From assembly GCA_001773575.1 (NCBI GenBank), contig MEXB01000004.1:10217-74216 (forward strand): a DNA stretch of 64,000 nucleotides, in the 5' to 3' direction. Position 1 is the first letter of the stretch. Each line of letters opens with the position of its first letter. Positions 9,099 through 17,746 of the stretch are shown in pieces. This stretch comes from Candidatus Adlerbacteria bacterium RIFOXYC1_FULL_48_26 (lineage in GTDB: Bacteria; Patescibacteriota; Minisyncoccia; Phycocordibacterales; SBAW01). The notes beneath the pieces were generated by a model. The model made no database searches. It worked only from the letters and a program-made list of their open reading frames with translations, and had not been told where the DNA came from. A program made the position numbers and the translations under genes.

Positions 9099-9875
9099 AT
9101 GTATAAGAAGAAATCACTCGGACAGAATTTTTTGAAAAGCCCGGCATATTTGCAGGCTATTGTTGATGCTGCCGGCGTGCAGAAGGGAGACTTGGTACTT
9201 GAGATTGGACCAGGAGAAGGCGCGCTTACAGAAGAAATCCTTGCGCGCGGAGCGACAGTGGTTGCAGTAGAAAAAGACCACAGGCTTATTCCTATGCTCC
9301 AAGTGACATTCGATAAACAAATTTACAGCAAACAACTTGAACTTATTGAAGCTGATGCGCTAGAACTTGAGGCAGAAAAATTAGTAGGGAAAAAAGAATT
9401 TAAATTAGTCGCAAATATTCCCTACTACATCACAGGAGCACTGCTTAAAAAATTCCTTTCAGAAGAAACTGTTCAACCAAGCACTCTTGTATTTTTAGTT
9501 CAAAAAGAAGTTGCTGAACGAATTGCCAAAAGTAAAAAAGAAAGTATTTTGTCGCTTTCAGTAAAAGTATATGGGGAAGTGGTGTATGTAAAAACTGTTC
9601 CGCGTGGCGCCTTCAGCCCAGCCCCAGACGTTGACTCTGCAATTTTGCTTGTTAAAGATGTTTCAAAAAAGAATTTTCAAAACGAAAAAGAAGAGCAGCG
9701 ATTCTTTACACTCGTACGCGCAGGCTTCTCACAAAAACGAAAGAAATTGAAAAACAACCTTACAGGCGTATTTGGTTCAGAAACTTCTGCACGCATGGAA
9801 GCTGCAGGTATTCCACAAGACGCACGCGCCGAAGACGTAGCGCTGGAGCAATGGCTTACGCTCACTAAGGTCTAG
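9099..9875 (+). CDS. rsmA: 16S rRNA (adenine1518/1519-N6)-dimethyltransferase
   Basis: KSLGQNFL N-terminus, VLEIGPGEGALT SAM motif, NIPYYIT. Confidence 0.9.
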   Translation: MYKKKSLGQNFLKSPAYLQAIVDAAGVQKGDLVLEIGPGEGALTEEILARGATVVAVEKDHRLIPMLQVTFDKQIYSKQLELIEADALELEAEKLVGKKEFKLVANIPYYITGALLKKFLSEETVQPSTLVFLVQKEVAERIAKSKKESILSLSVKVYGEVVYVKTVPRGAFSPAPDVDSAILLVKDVSKKNFQNEKEEQRFFTLVRAGFSQKRKKLKNNLTGVFGSETSARMEAAGIPQDARAEDVALEQWLTLTKV

Positions 9876-10350
9876 GGAGTAGGCTTTGGTTGGCCCACTG
9901 CATGCGCTCACCAAGAAGTGGTGGGACAGGAATCCAAAATGGATACGCTGGTATCTGGCAACTAAACGGTGCTGTTGGGATAGAAGGAGGCGGACAGCAG
10001 AAGTACGGTATATCCGCTATTCCTAGTATTTGTTGCCCTATGACGTATGGAGGAGGGTCAGGATTGGGTGAAGGAGGGTATAAAGGAAGTAGCCCAGGCG
10101 CCGGCACACCTCGTAAAGTCATCGGCGTCCATATATAGAAAGGTTGTTTCGTGGCAGGCGCTGGAACAATTGTTACGAACTGCGCAGGACCCGAATAACT
10201 TAAGCAGGGGACAAACGCTGCCACTTTCCCTCCGAAGGAGAGCCCGCTTACAGCCGCCGACGCTGAGGCTGGTGTAACCAAGAGCGTGAGCGAGAAAATT
10301 GAAGAAATGATGGAGCTTAGAATACCCATATCCATATTATACTGTAGAGA

Positions 10351-11241
10351 ATGGATACGGGCCGATATCTTCCCAGTAAGCAGTTTTCTCTGATAACTAT
10401 CTCTCTGTTTCTTTCAGCTGGTCTTGTATTTGCCGCAGAACATATACATAAGCCTTCTACAGGCTCACTTGCTGTAGATACTACAGGCGCAGCACCCGCA
10501 GGTGCAGGCGACTGGAAGGCCTCTCTTGAGAGTGTGCAGCAAAATTCGGGCATTTCACTTCCTTCTGCACCCGATCAAAATACCGTAGAAGGCCTTTTAC
10601 AAGCCGCTCAAAGCAACAACCTCACGGAAAGCGTGTCACGAAGCCTGTTCGTGAACCTCGTTAATGCCAAAGGGCAAGGGCTTGGTAGTGATATTCCGAC
10701 ACAAGACCAAATAGTTACCCAGGCCCTTTCTCAAGTGCCTGCCTCTATCCGCACAAAGACCTACTTTACAGAAGATCTTACGCTTACTGATACTTCAAAG
10801 ACCTCATTACACGCCTATGGCAATGCGGTAATGACGGTTCTACAGAAAAACTCCAACCAAGAATACGCAAAGACACTGGTTATTATTGACGCTGTTACGA
10901 CAAAAAATGACGCAACCCAGCTTGAACTCCTAAAACCAATTCAAAAAACCTACAAACACATATCCAACGAGCTAATTGCCATACCTGTTCCAAAAATACT
11001 TGCACCGTTCCATCTTCAGCTTGTAAACGATTTTGAAAACATAACCGCAACATACGACAAGTTCGAGGCTCTCGTTGGTGACCCTCTTAACGGAATTGCG
11101 GCAATCCAACAATATCGAACGCTTACGCAGGATGCAGGCCAAATGTTCATAAACATCGCACAAACTTTCCAGAAGAACGATATAATTTTCAATAAGGACG
11201 AGCCGGGGGCGACGTGGGCTTTTCTTCTGCAATCGCAGTAA
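10351..11241 (+). CDS. Hypothetical secreted/membrane-anchored protein (first gene of the T4SS-like cluster)
   Basis: N-terminal hydrophobic segment ITISLFLSAGLVFAA. No recognisable domain. Confidence 0.5.
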   Translation: MDTGRYLPSKQFSLITISLFLSAGLVFAAEHIHKPSTGSLAVDTTGAAPAGAGDWKASLESVQQNSGISLPSAPDQNTVEGLLQAAQSNNLTESVSRSLFVNLVNAKGQGLGSDIPTQDQIVTQALSQVPASIRTKTYFTEDLTLTDTSKTSLHAYGNAVMTVLQKNSNQEYAKTLVIIDAVTTKNDATQLELLKPIQKTYKHISNELIAIPVPKILAPFHLQLVNDFENITATYDKFEALVGDPLNGIAAIQQYRTLTQDAGQMFINIAQTFQKNDIIFNKDEPGATWAFLLQSQ

Positions 11242-11247
11242 ATCACA

Positions 11248-13413
11248 ATGAATAAAAAATTCGTTTATATCATCCTCATCGCCCTCGCAATCTTTCTTTT
11301 AGTTGCGCTGCTATGGTGGTGGTTTTTGCGAAGGGAAGGGAATGCAATTCAAAACACCGGCACCTTCGGCACTGCACAAAACGCACAAAACAATGCGACC
11401 TCTAGCAACGGAACCCCAACTAACATCGGCACTCCATTGGGGCCAGATGTGGATCTGGGCGTAGAACAACCCAATACTCCGCTTGGGAGCATTGGGCAAA
11501 ATACCGCAAATGGCCAAGTACCGAATCAGCCTGGTGGAACTGGAGTAACTACTGTTGGGCCCATTACTGTTGGAACTCCTGTGGTGGTTGGCACAGTGGG
11601 GGTACCAAATGTTGTATGGCTCTCAGGAGATCCCGCGAGCACAACTACCGGAGGCATCACAAACAGTCCAGGTACGGTCTTTAACCCAACTGCTATAAAC
11701 GAGATTGTTTCATCAAACCCGACCGGCAACGGCGGGATTACACCTAACATTGGGTACAACGGGTACGGACAACAACAAGGAAGTGGTAGCGGTTCAGCGC
11801 TTGGCTCCATCGGAATAGCTGCTGGAGTAGGGGTGGTTAGTTGTGCCGTAGTTCCTGCGATGCAGGCAGTAGCACAAGCTCTTGGTTTTGCAGAAGCGAC
11901 CGGCAAACAAGCAGCTGCGCAAGCAACAGCGAGCGGCGCGGCTGCTGCTGTTGCCGCAATGAGCGTCTCAACTGTTGACCTCGGCACAAACACTCGTCTT
12001 GCGCTTGGTCTTCCAGCTCTATCTGGACAAATAGGTCAACTTGGCGGCAATCAAACCAGCCAACAGACTATTGATCAATTCATGGGGTGTATTACGCGCA
12101 ACATAGCAAAAATTATGTTGCAGCAGATCACCAACAGTGTGGTTAACTGGATCAACTCTGGCTTTAATGGCTCCCCAGCATTCGTTCAAAACCCAACACA
12201 GTTTATTCAGAAGACAGCTGATGTTATTGCAGGCCAATATATTCAAAGCAGTGCACTCTCATTCTTGTGTAGCCCATTTCAGCTGCAGGTAAGAATTGCC
12301 ATTGCGCAAAGCTACGCAAACCGCAGTAGCGCTGCCTCCTGCACACTGACACAAGTTTCAAACAATATAACCAACTTTATGCGCGGCTCCTTCAGTACAG
12401 CGGGAGGATGGCCAGCTCTTTTGTCATTCACCTCTATGCCCACCAACAACCCTTATGGTGCGTTTATGTACGCATCCGCAGGGATTTCGTTGGTTACCTC
12501 AAATGCCCAAAGGCAGGTTCAAACAGATTTGCTGCAGGGCAGCGGGTTCCTTTCCTTCCAGCAAAAAGTTGCCGGCAGCTGTGTAACCACTGCCTCACCT
12601 CCAGCGCCAAGCTTGAACAAATCAATAACCCCTAAAGGCGGACCTACCAATTCATCCCAACAACTATACGAGGTCTGCGACTACGTTACTGCAACACCGG
12701 GCAAGGTTATTGCTGACTCTCTAGGCGCAACAGAAAAAAGCACACTCGACCAGCTCACCTTGGCAAAAAGTTTTGATGAAATCATCAGCGCACTCATCAA
12801 CCAGCTGATGACTCGCACACTGCAAGGCGGTCTTTCGAACTTGAGTGGTGCGAACGGCTATGCAAGCAATTTCTATACAGCCGACCAACAGCAGGCGCAA
12901 AATGGACAGCAAGCACTACTTGCCCAAATGCAAAGCGACACAGCAACTGCCGGCCAATACGGTAGTGTCCAGCAGGGAAGTATCCAGGATATTCAAAGCG
13001 CTCAGAACCAACTCAACAACGCATATAACTGCTGGAATAATGTTGCGCAAGCAAGCACCACTGCAACAATAACGCCTTCCACCCAAGCACAAGCTCTCAC
13101 AAACGCAGCAACTGCATCTACAACCTTCAACTCTCTAAACACGACTATCGACTCTTATAACGATAGAATTACGAAGGTGAACGTTGCAATAATTGCGCTC
13201 CAAGAATTGCAGAGCCGTGTGCTTTCAGTTTCATCAGGTTCTGATTTGTCCTCAATTCAAAGCGACTACAACGCCGCAAAAGCGTCTGGCCAATTCCCAA
13301 CAGGAGCCGATGTAACCAATGCGCAACAAAACCGTGTCACGCTACAAAGCCAAATGTCGACAATAAGCCAGCAAGCAAACGACTCTCTCCAACAATGCAA
13401 TGCTATTTTCTAA
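11248..13413 (+). CDS. Large low-complexity (G/T/N/Q/S-rich) membrane-anchored protein
   Basis: N-terminal TM (YIILIALAIFLLVALLWWWF), about 200-aa Gly/Thr/Asn-rich region, Q/N/S/T-rich C-terminal half. Confidence 0.55.
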   Translation: MNKKFVYIILIALAIFLLVALLWWWFLRREGNAIQNTGTFGTAQNAQNNATSSNGTPTNIGTPLGPDVDLGVEQPNTPLGSIGQNTANGQVPNQPGGTGVTTVGPITVGTPVVVGTVGVPNVVWLSGDPASTTTGGITNSPGTVFNPTAINEIVSSNPTGNGGITPNIGYNGYGQQQGSGSGSALGSIGIAAGVGVVSCAVVPAMQAVAQALGFAEATGKQAAAQATASGAAAAVAAMSVSTVDLGTNTRLALGLPALSGQIGQLGGNQTSQQTIDQFMGCITRNIAKIMLQQITNSVVNWINSGFNGSPAFVQNPTQFIQKTADVIAGQYIQSSALSFLCSPFQLQVRIAIAQSYANRSSAASCTLTQVSNNITNFMRGSFSTAGGWPALLSFTSMPTNNPYGAFMYASAGISLVTSNAQRQVQTDLLQGSGFLSFQQKVAGSCVTTASPPAPSLNKSITPKGGPTNSSQQLYEVCDYVTATPGKVIADSLGATEKSTLDQLTLAKSFDEIISALINQLMTRTLQGGLSNLSGANGYASNFYTADQQQAQNGQQALLAQMQSDTATAGQYGSVQQGSIQDIQSAQNQLNNAYNCWNNVAQASTTATITPSTQAQALTNAATASTTFNSLNTTIDSYNDRITKVNVAIIALQELQSRVLSVSSGSDLSSIQSDYNAAKASGQFPTGADVTNAQQNRVTLQSQMSTISQQANDSLQQCNAIF

Positions 13414-15958
13414 ACCCCTGACATACGGCGAAGGGAACACTCTACGACGCATCGTAGCGGGTTTTTTGCTCTTACTCGTATTTTTGCTACCTATTCAAAA
13501 TGTTTTGACTACACCTGTTGTCTCTGTAGCACAAGCTCAAACCACAGGCACAAGCGCGAGTGCCTCGTTCTGTAGCGAGGCAAGTACCTGCCTTACCAGC
13601 ATCGTATATTTGTTCGCGGTCTATATACCAACAAACTTTGCATACGCTGCCGGGTACCTCTTTAATGCCGCCCTGCAACTTGCCTTAAACAGTGCCTCCT
13701 ATGCATTGAACTTTCTTTCTTTGGGATGGACTATTGTGCGCGACATCGCCAACCTGACCTTTATTTTTATCCTTATATACATCGCGTACATCATTATCAT
13801 GCGCGCGGAGAGTTCTGGAACAATGAAGATGTTGGCCTGGGTTATCGCGATGGCCTTGCTCATTAACTTCAGTTTCTTTATAACGCGTATGGTTATCGAC
13901 GCGGGCAATATTCTTTCCGTACAGTTTTATAACGCTATAAACATTCCCAACTCCATACCCTCGCCTCTGAGTGCTCAGCAATGTCCGCCAAACTGTATCA
14001 AAGACCTCACAGGGGGAATTATGGATGCGGTAAAAGTTCAAGGTATTTTGGGTGATAAATCATTCGCTGCCTTTATGGCATCGTCTGGGAATAGTCTTGG
14101 GTCATTTGGTACAAACGTGCTCGTACAAACACTGGTGTTCGTTTCAGTTGGAATATTTTTATCACTACTTGGGTTTGTATTTCTTATCGTTGGTATTAAA
14201 TTTATGGTCCGCATTGTAGTGCTGTGGCTCACGATAGTAGCCTCTCCACTTGCGTTCGCAGCACACGCACTTCCTAACAACAAAAAAGTTATGGGGTATT
14301 ACCAGATGTGGCAGGATAACCTCATACAGTCGGCATTTTTCCCTGCAATATTCTTATTTTTGTTTTTCATAATGAACTTGTTCTTACAGGCGTTGGCTGG
14401 CGGGAAAGGCCTTGTGCCCGATATTTTCAATGCTGTTGCACAAATAAATACATCTGGGGCTGGTAATGTTGAGGCAGGAATAAGTGTTATTGCAAACGTC
14501 GGAGTCCGTATGGGCTTGGTAATAGTGTTGTTGTACTTCGCCATGAAAGCTTCTGATTCCTTCAGTGCAATGGGGAGCGGAATGGCAAACAGTGTTACAA
14601 GCTGGGCAGGAAGCAAGGCTGCAAATATGACCGCCGGAACTTCTTCGTGGCTTGCTCGAAACAGCGCTGGCCGACTCGCAAACACAGCCGCGCGTAGTGC
14701 AACAGTGCGCGATTGGGCGGCTAAAAACCCGCTCTATGGCGGACGTCTAGTGTCCGGTGCTCTTAACAAAGCAGCGACCTCAAGTCTTGATGTGCGCGGT
14801 ATTGGAGGTCTGAAAAGCCTTGTGGGTAAGGCGGGTTTTGATCTGAATGGCCCCGGCGGCAAAGGAGGCTATAGAAAACAAGAAGCTGACAGGGCACATG
14901 ACGCTGAAAAATTTGCAAAGGGCCTTAAGAGTGATGCGGTATATGTAAAGAAAAATGCTTTGACTGCAGGACTATCCGCATATGATAAGGCCAACGGTAA
15001 AGGATCTGTCGCTGAATTGGAAAAAATCCAAGCACAAGGAGCTGCTGCAGCAATTCAACAGTACGCAGCTCAGTATGATGCAAATAGAGCAGCAGGTGAT
15101 ATGTCATTTAAAGAGAAGTTGGATAACCTTGAGAAGGCGCGGGTTTTAGCCACAAAAGATGCAGAGAGTCACAAAACTGCGGGTAATACAGTTGAGGAAG
15201 CGAAAGCTCGAGCTGCTGCCGCGGCTGCTTCTCAGGCATTTGCTTCAGAAGACGCGAAAAGTAAACAGAAATATGCAGATGCCGTTAAAGATCTGAGTGC
15301 AATGCGAAAATTGGGTGAAGTCTCTATTAAAGAGGCGGATAAAAAAAGAATTTATGGAGCTGCAGATTACGAAGAAAGTCGCCGTTTTGGAAACATGTAT
15401 ATGCCTTCGGTTGGGAATATTGAAGGTGCCGATCATATGCGCCATGTAATGCACGAGAAGAGTGATAAAGAGAAACTTAAAGATCTAGCAGCTAAGGTTG
15501 CGTTGGCCGATCAGGCACCTCCTGCACCTGTCGCACAAACACCAACTCCTACAGCTCCTTCCGGTGGAGGATCGAAGCCAACCCCACCACCTTCAGGAGG
15601 GGATCATGGCAACGATCACGGCGCTGGCCACCACATGACCTTTAAAGCCATGAGAACAGAGGCTCAGAAACCTGGAGGGTTGAAAGGAAGCACTGAAGCT
15701 CTCCATAACGAGGTGTTTGGCGAAGATATGTTGAAACGTCTCGACGCTCGAATGAGAAATATACAGGAAAATACATCAGCCCAAGGAGCACAGATGGGAA
15801 ATATCCAGCAATCTATAGACATACTTAGCAGGGCAGCACAGCGTCAAACGCCTTCAACTCCAACAGGACCAACGACATACGGAGATATTGCAGCAGGCAA
15901 AGGTGCGATGCGACCCAAAACACCTGGAGATAATCAACAGAAACCTCCTAGGGCATAG
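13400..15958 (+). CDS. Polytopic membrane protein, VirB6/TrbL-like, with about 450-aa hydrophilic Lys/Ala/Glu-rich C-terminal tail
   Basis: Signal peptide, at least 6 predicted TM helices, then a charged low-complexity tail with PPAP/TPTPT linkers. Topology matches the VirB6/TrbL family; no motif-level proof. Confidence 0.5.
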   Translation: MLFSKPLTYGEGNTLRRIVAGFLLLLVFLLPIQNVLTTPVVSVAQAQTTGTSASASFCSEASTCLTSIVYLFAVYIPTNFAYAAGYLFNAALQLALNSASYALNFLSLGWTIVRDIANLTFIFILIYIAYIIIMRAESSGTMKMLAWVIAMALLINFSFFITRMVIDAGNILSVQFYNAINIPNSIPSPLSAQQCPPNCIKDLTGGIMDAVKVQGILGDKSFAAFMASSGNSLGSFGTNVLVQTLVFVSVGIFLSLLGFVFLIVGIKFMVRIVVLWLTIVASPLAFAAHALPNNKKVMGYYQMWQDNLIQSAFFPAIFLFLFFIMNLFLQALAGGKGLVPDIFNAVAQINTSGAGNVEAGISVIANVGVRMGLVIVLLYFAMKASDSFSAMGSGMANSVTSWAGSKAANMTAGTSSWLARNSAGRLANTAARSATVRDWAAKNPLYGGRLVSGALNKAATSSLDVRGIGGLKSLVGKAGFDLNGPGGKGGYRKQEADRAHDAEKFAKGLKSDAVYVKKNALTAGLSAYDKANGKGSVAELEKIQAQGAAAAIQQYAAQYDANRAAGDMSFKEKLDNLEKARVLATKDAESHKTAGNTVEEAKARAAAAAASQAFASEDAKSKQKYADAVKDLSAMRKLGEVSIKEADKKRIYGAADYEESRRFGNMYMPSVGNIEGADHMRHVMHEKSDKEKLKDLAAKVALADQAPPAPVAQTPTPTAPSGGGSKPTPPPSGGDHGNDHGAGHHMTFKAMRTEAQKPGGLKGSTEALHNEVFGEDMLKRLDARMRNIQENTSAQGAQMGNIQQSIDILSRAAQRQTPSTPTGPTTYGDIAAGKGAMRPKTPGDNQQKPPRA

Positions 15959-15980
15959 AAAAAGAATGTAGAATAGAGGT

Positions 15981-16640
15981 ATGCCAGAGAACTCTGCAGA
16001 CTCAATTCAAAACCAAATAGAGCAGCGTCTTACTGAACTGCCTCAAGATGTACGAGATGTCGTACTCTCTTCACAACTTGGAGAGCGTTTACGCGAGATC
16101 GGCCAAAAACACGGCCTTCATATAGATCAAATTGGTGTATTAGAAGACGAAGTGATGCTCGTGATGCTTGGGTTTTTTGAACCTGAAGACTTTAACAACC
16201 AGATTGCCAACCAGCTTCATCTCTCCACCCTCGACGCAACAGCTATAGCACAGGAGATCAACCAGGTGATATTCCTCCCAATTCGTGAATCTATGATAGC
16301 GTTTGCTGCCTCAAAGCGCGCAGCTAAGCCTGTAACCGAGCCTGCGCAAGACCGTCCGATCGGTTCTGTTGAACCGCGGCCCGATCTTGCTTCGGCACCT
16401 GCCCGTCCGGCAGGCGGGTCCACGTTACCTGTAGCGGTTACGGCACCTAACAACATCCCAATTAGGATTGAAACGCCGCAGCAGAACCCGGCTGTGGAGC
16501 CGAAGACCGACGCAGAGGGTTCTGCGCCGGCAAAACCACCAATGCCTCCGATGCCAAATGCAGAAAAAATGCTGACAGAGACAACTGTTGCAAAACCAAT
16601 CTATAAAACTGATCCATATCGAGAACCTATAGAGCCGTAG
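15981..16640 (+). CDS. Hypothetical protein with Pro-rich C-terminus
   Basis: ORF with an RBS. Shares a near-identical 55-58-nt segment with the ORF at 2540-3760. Confidence 0.5.
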   Translation: MPENSADSIQNQIEQRLTELPQDVRDVVLSSQLGERLREIGQKHGLHIDQIGVLEDEVMLVMLGFFEPEDFNNQIANQLHLSTLDATAIAQEINQVIFLPIRESMIAFAASKRAAKPVTEPAQDRPIGSVEPRPDLASAPARPAGGSTLPVAVTAPNNIPIRIETPQQNPAVEPKTDAEGSAPAKPPMPPMPNAEKMLTETTVAKPIYKTDPYREPIEP

Positions 16641-16671
16641 TTGCAGAAATTTTGATATATACTAAGGGGGA

Positions 16672-17073
16672 ATGCGATATCAAGTTCCTCAATTTATCGA
16701 AGTTGAAGATAAAATATTCGGGCCGCTAACCCTGAAACAATTTGTGTACTTGGCCGGCGGGGGAGGCCTATGCCTCGCGTTTTTTACTCTGCTCCCATTC
16801 TATATATTCGTCACACTCGCTATTCCAGTTATGGCTCTCTCTTTAGCGCTCGCATTTTACCGAGTAAACGATCGTCCATTTTTAACCTCAATTGAGCATG
16901 CGTTCGGTTTCTACACCAACAGCAAGCTCTATTTATGGAAACAACGCCCACCTGAACTCGTACAGAAACAAGCTGCCATACAGCCAATTACCCCAGCAAT
17001 GGTTCCTAAACTTTCAGAAAGCCGCCTCAAAGACCTCGCGTGGTCGTTGAATATAAAGCAGACAAACGAATAA
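16672..17073 (+). CDS. PrgI/VirB3-like small two-TM protein
   Basis: N-terminal VPQFIEVEDKIFGPLTLKQF signature followed by two TM helices. Strong RBS aagggggaATG. Lies immediately upstream of VirB4. Confidence 0.55.
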   Translation: MRYQVPQFIEVEDKIFGPLTLKQFVYLAGGGGLCLAFFTLLPFYIFVTLAIPVMALSLALAFYRVNDRPFLTSIEHAFGFYTNSKLYLWKQRPPELVQKQAAIQPITPAMVPKLSESRLKDLAWSLNIKQTNE

Positions 17074-17076
17074 CAT

Positions 17077-17742
17077 ATGGCTGACGCACCTATAAAAGCA
17101 CAAGCTACTCAAGATTTCGTACCTATAAAAGAAGTGCGGAACGGCGTTGTAATACTAAAAGATGGCTCTATGCGAGCGCTTCTTATGGCATCTTCTATAA
17201 ACTTGGCTCTCAAATCTCAAGACGAACAGAACGCCATCATCGGACAATTTCAAAACTTTCTAAACTCACTTGAATTCACCGTTCAATTTTTCGTTGAAAG
17301 CCGCGACCTCGACATCCGCCCCTATATCGCGATCTTGGAAGAGCGTTATGTCGCAGAACTCGACGACCTGATGAAAATCCAAATCCGAGAATATATAGCC
17401 TTCATCAAAGATTTCACCGCCCGTTCAAACATCATGTCGAAAAACTTTTTTATCGTAGTTCCGTACGATCCGGCGCTTGTTGGGAGAGGGAAGGGAGTTG
17501 CAGGAGCCTTCAATGCACTCGTTCCGTCAAAGAATTCAAGCAATAATGTACTCACTGACGAGCAGTTTGAGCAATACCGAACTCAATTAGAACAGCGTGT
17601 CTCCGTCGTCGAGCAAGGCTTAGTGCGCACAGGTGTACGTATCGCACCACTGGGAACTGAAGAAATTATCGAGTTATTCTATAAACTGTTTAACCCTGGC
17701 GAACTTGAGAAACCTCAACAAGTAACTCAGATGGTTCGCTAA
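17077..17742 (+). CDS. VirB4-family ATPase, N-terminal domain (split gene, part 1)
   Basis: DFVPIKEVRNGVVILKDGSMRALLMASSINLALKSQDEQ resembles the N-terminal domain of Gram-positive-type VirB4 (TcpF/PrgJ). Stop at 17740-17742; next gene starts 4 nt later in the +1 frame. Confidence 0.6.
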   Translation: MADAPIKAQATQDFVPIKEVRNGVVILKDGSMRALLMASSINLALKSQDEQNAIIGQFQNFLNSLEFTVQFFVESRDLDIRPYIAILEERYVAELDDLMKIQIREYIAFIKDFTARSNIMSKNFFIVVPYDPALVGRGKGVAGAFNALVPSKNSSNNVLTDEQFEQYRTQLEQRVSVVEQGLVRTGVRIAPLGTEEIIELFYKLFNPGELEKPQQVTQMVR

Positions 17743-17746
17743 CTAT

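Noticed and set aside
9865-10335. 156-aa minus-strand ORF (Pro-rich) and 82-aa plus-strand Gly-rich ORF filling the rsmA/cluster spacer
   Set aside because: Both are low-complexity with no RBS and no recognisable domain. The region is treated as non-coding or possible ncRNA instead.
9876-10350. RNase P RNA, tmRNA or SRP RNA in the 475-bp gap
   Set aside because: I looked for the P4 (GGAAAGUCCGG / ACAGAACCCGGCUUA) and GGUAAGAGCGCACC motifs, a tmRNA T-arm and tag, and the SRP GGAAGCAG domain. I found only weak, mis-ordered partial matches, not enough to call.
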